Shown one piece after another: positions 62,460 through 64,000 of a DNA stretch of 64,000 nt. The stretch comes from Gallionella sp. (GTDB lineage Bacteria > Pseudomonadota > Gammaproteobacteria > Burkholderiales > Gallionellaceae). How positions within the stretch are numbered: the stretch's first letter is position 1; every line of letters begins with the position of its first letter. Both the position numbers and the translations under genes were made by a program. The notes beneath the pieces are model-generated. The model was given only the letters and a program-made list of their open reading frames with translations, was not told where the DNA came from and did no database searches. The DNA lies in contig PLWV01000019.1 of NCBI GenBank assembly GCA_003153155.1, positions 1,137 through 65,136 on the forward strand. The letters run 5' to 3'.

Positions 62460-64000
62460 CTATATGCTGGCAGCACACTGGCGCAATGCGTCGGCCATTT
62501 CAGCGCCATTGGCATAGCGATCCTCAACTTGCTTGGCCAATGATCGGTTAATGATCGCCACCAAACATGCCGGCAAATCTGCCCTGATGCTCAGAATATC
62601 GGTATGCGGTTCATTGGCGATCCGGAACATTAATTGCGCCATCGAATCCCCTTCGAACGGAAGCTTACCACAAGCCATTTGGTACAAACTCACGCCCAAA
62701 GAAAACAGGTCGGAGGCGCCTTCGATCTTCTTCCCGGCCAATTGCTCCGGCGACATAAAAGATGGCGTACCCAATACCATGCCGGTTTTGGTTTTGCTCG
62801 AGTCGGTGATACGCGCAATGCCGAAATCGGTCACCTTGGGCGTATCCGTCTCGGGGTCGTACATGATGTTGGCCGGTTTGATGTCGCGATGCACCACGTT
62901 CTGTTTATGCGCATAATCCAGCGCATCGGCGACACGTGCAATGATATTCATCACCTTGGGCAATGGCAGCAAATTATCCGGCTTGGTATAGGGAGCCAAG
63001 TCCTTGCCTTTGAGAAACTCCATCGCGATGTAGGCAAGGTCATGCTCTTCTCCCGCATCATACATAGTTACGATGTTCGGGTGATTCAGACGACCCGCTG
63101 TTTCGGCCTCGCGGAAGAAGCGGGATTTCACGTCTTCCAGCTCATCGGCCTCGAACTCTTGCGCCAGTGCCATGGTCTTGATCGCCACGACGCGACCGAT
63201 TTTCGGGTCTTTGCCGAGATACACCACCCCCATCGCACCCTTGCCGAGCTCCTTCTCTATTTCATAACGTCCCAGCATCGGCTTGGACACGCCCGCCTTG
63301 TCCAGCACCATCGTACTGGCGTTACTCTTACCGGATGAACCGCCGAGCATCACTGTTTCCGACATCGCCTTGGACTGTGCCTGGCGCGCAGCCAAATCGC
63401 GGAACTTGGGGTTATATTCCGCCATGTATTTGAATACCGACTCCGCCTTGTTGAACTGACGCTTGCGCTCGAAGTCCAGCCCCAGGTTGTACAGCACCTC
63501 CATCAGACTATCGTCCACCCGCACCTTGCGGAACTTGTCGAAGGCGATATCCAGTTGCCCCTGGCCCTGGAAAGCCAAGCCGAGCATACGATTGCTTTCC
63601 GCAGATTCGGCATCGGATCTCTGCTTGCCCTTCTCGGTCATCAGGAAGCGTTTGGTTGTCAGCAACAAATGACCAACCAATAACAGCGCGGCGGGCAGCA
63701 TCAGTTGCAACCACATCGCCTGAGTCATCATCAATACGAAATGCGCAACCAGCAACACGGTGAACAACGCGCCAGTGACCAGCGCACCGATGGCGGCATT
63801 CAGGCGCGGCAACAACAGAATCAGATATAGCGCGACCAGCAGGAATACGCCGATTTGCGCCCATTCAGCCCAACTGGGCGTAACAAAGAAATCACCTTTG
63901 AGTATGCTCGACACCGAATGCGCCAAAGTCACCACCGGTGCCATACCGGAAGAAATGGGTGTCACTTGCAACGACCCGATACCGGTTGCCGACGCACCGA
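62460..64000 (-). CDS. CHASE2-TM Ser/Thr protein kinase (5' part outside the window)
   Basis: Frame open to the edge (IGASATGIGSLQVTP); LGKGAMGVVY, VAIK, HRDIKPAN, DFGIAR, GTPSFMSPEQ. Confidence 0.92.
   Translation of the reverse strand, partial: GASATGIGSLQVTPISSGMAPVVTLAHSVSSILKGDFFVTPSWAEWAQIGVFLLVALYLILLLPRLNAAIGALVTGALFTVLLVAHFVLMMTQAMWLQLMLPAALLLVGHLLLTTKRFLMTEKGKQRSDAESAESNRMLGLAFQGQGQLDIAFDKFRKVRVDDSLMEVLYNLGLDFERKRQFNKAESVFKYMAEYNPKFRDLAARQAQSKAMSETVMLGGSSGKSNASTMVLDKAGVSKPMLGRYEIEKELGKGAMGVVYLGKDPKIGRVVAIKTMALAQEFEADELEDVKSRFFREAETAGRLNHPNIVTMYDAGEEHDLAYIAMEFLKGKDLAPYTKPDNLLPLPKVMNIIARVADALDYAHKQNVVHRDIKPANIMYDPETDTPKVTDFGIARITDSSKTKTGMVLGTPSFMSPEQLAGKKIEGASDLFSLGVSLYQMACGKLPFEGDSMAQLMFRIANEPHTDILSIRADLPACLVAIINRSLAKQVEDRYANGAEMADALRQCAASI

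Overview
Chromosomal window from a betaproteobacterium, probably Gallionellaceae/Nitrosomonadales (inferred from gene order and protein style, not from a search). Four zones. (1) 1-13.6 kb: a decaying accessory signalling block. A ~12-kb minus-strand run carries DUF4902-like gene, luxI, cheW, cheR-TPR, a cheW remnant, an output-less CHASE3/PAS receptor, kaiC, kaiB, a hybrid histidine kinase and a REC-EAL protein. It is followed by a divergent, frameshifted luxR with lux-box-like palindromes and a purA 3' remnant. (2) 14-48 kb: housekeeping genes (nudJ-mnmA-purB, radC/coaBC-dut, rppH/proS, leuA, pssA-psd, ilvIHC, ECF sigma operon, lptFG/pepA-holC-valS) with a few accessory genes. (3) 48-64 kb: a cAMP / Ser-Thr phosphorylation / c-di-GMP cluster around pilA and a GAF-fused PilB/GspE ATPase. 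(4) Across the window: several small repeat families. The most striking observation is a 60-bp element I do not recognise: a 12-nt leader plus a 48-nt hairpin with compensatory base changes. It occurs at 8 clear loci (12 hairpins). It inserts without target duplication, mostly at C^T, inside other palindromic repeats and inside itself, and it sits in frame in coaBC, an HD-GYP gene, a PP2C gene and the tlpA 5' region. No tRNA, rRNA, CRISPR array or transposase is visible.
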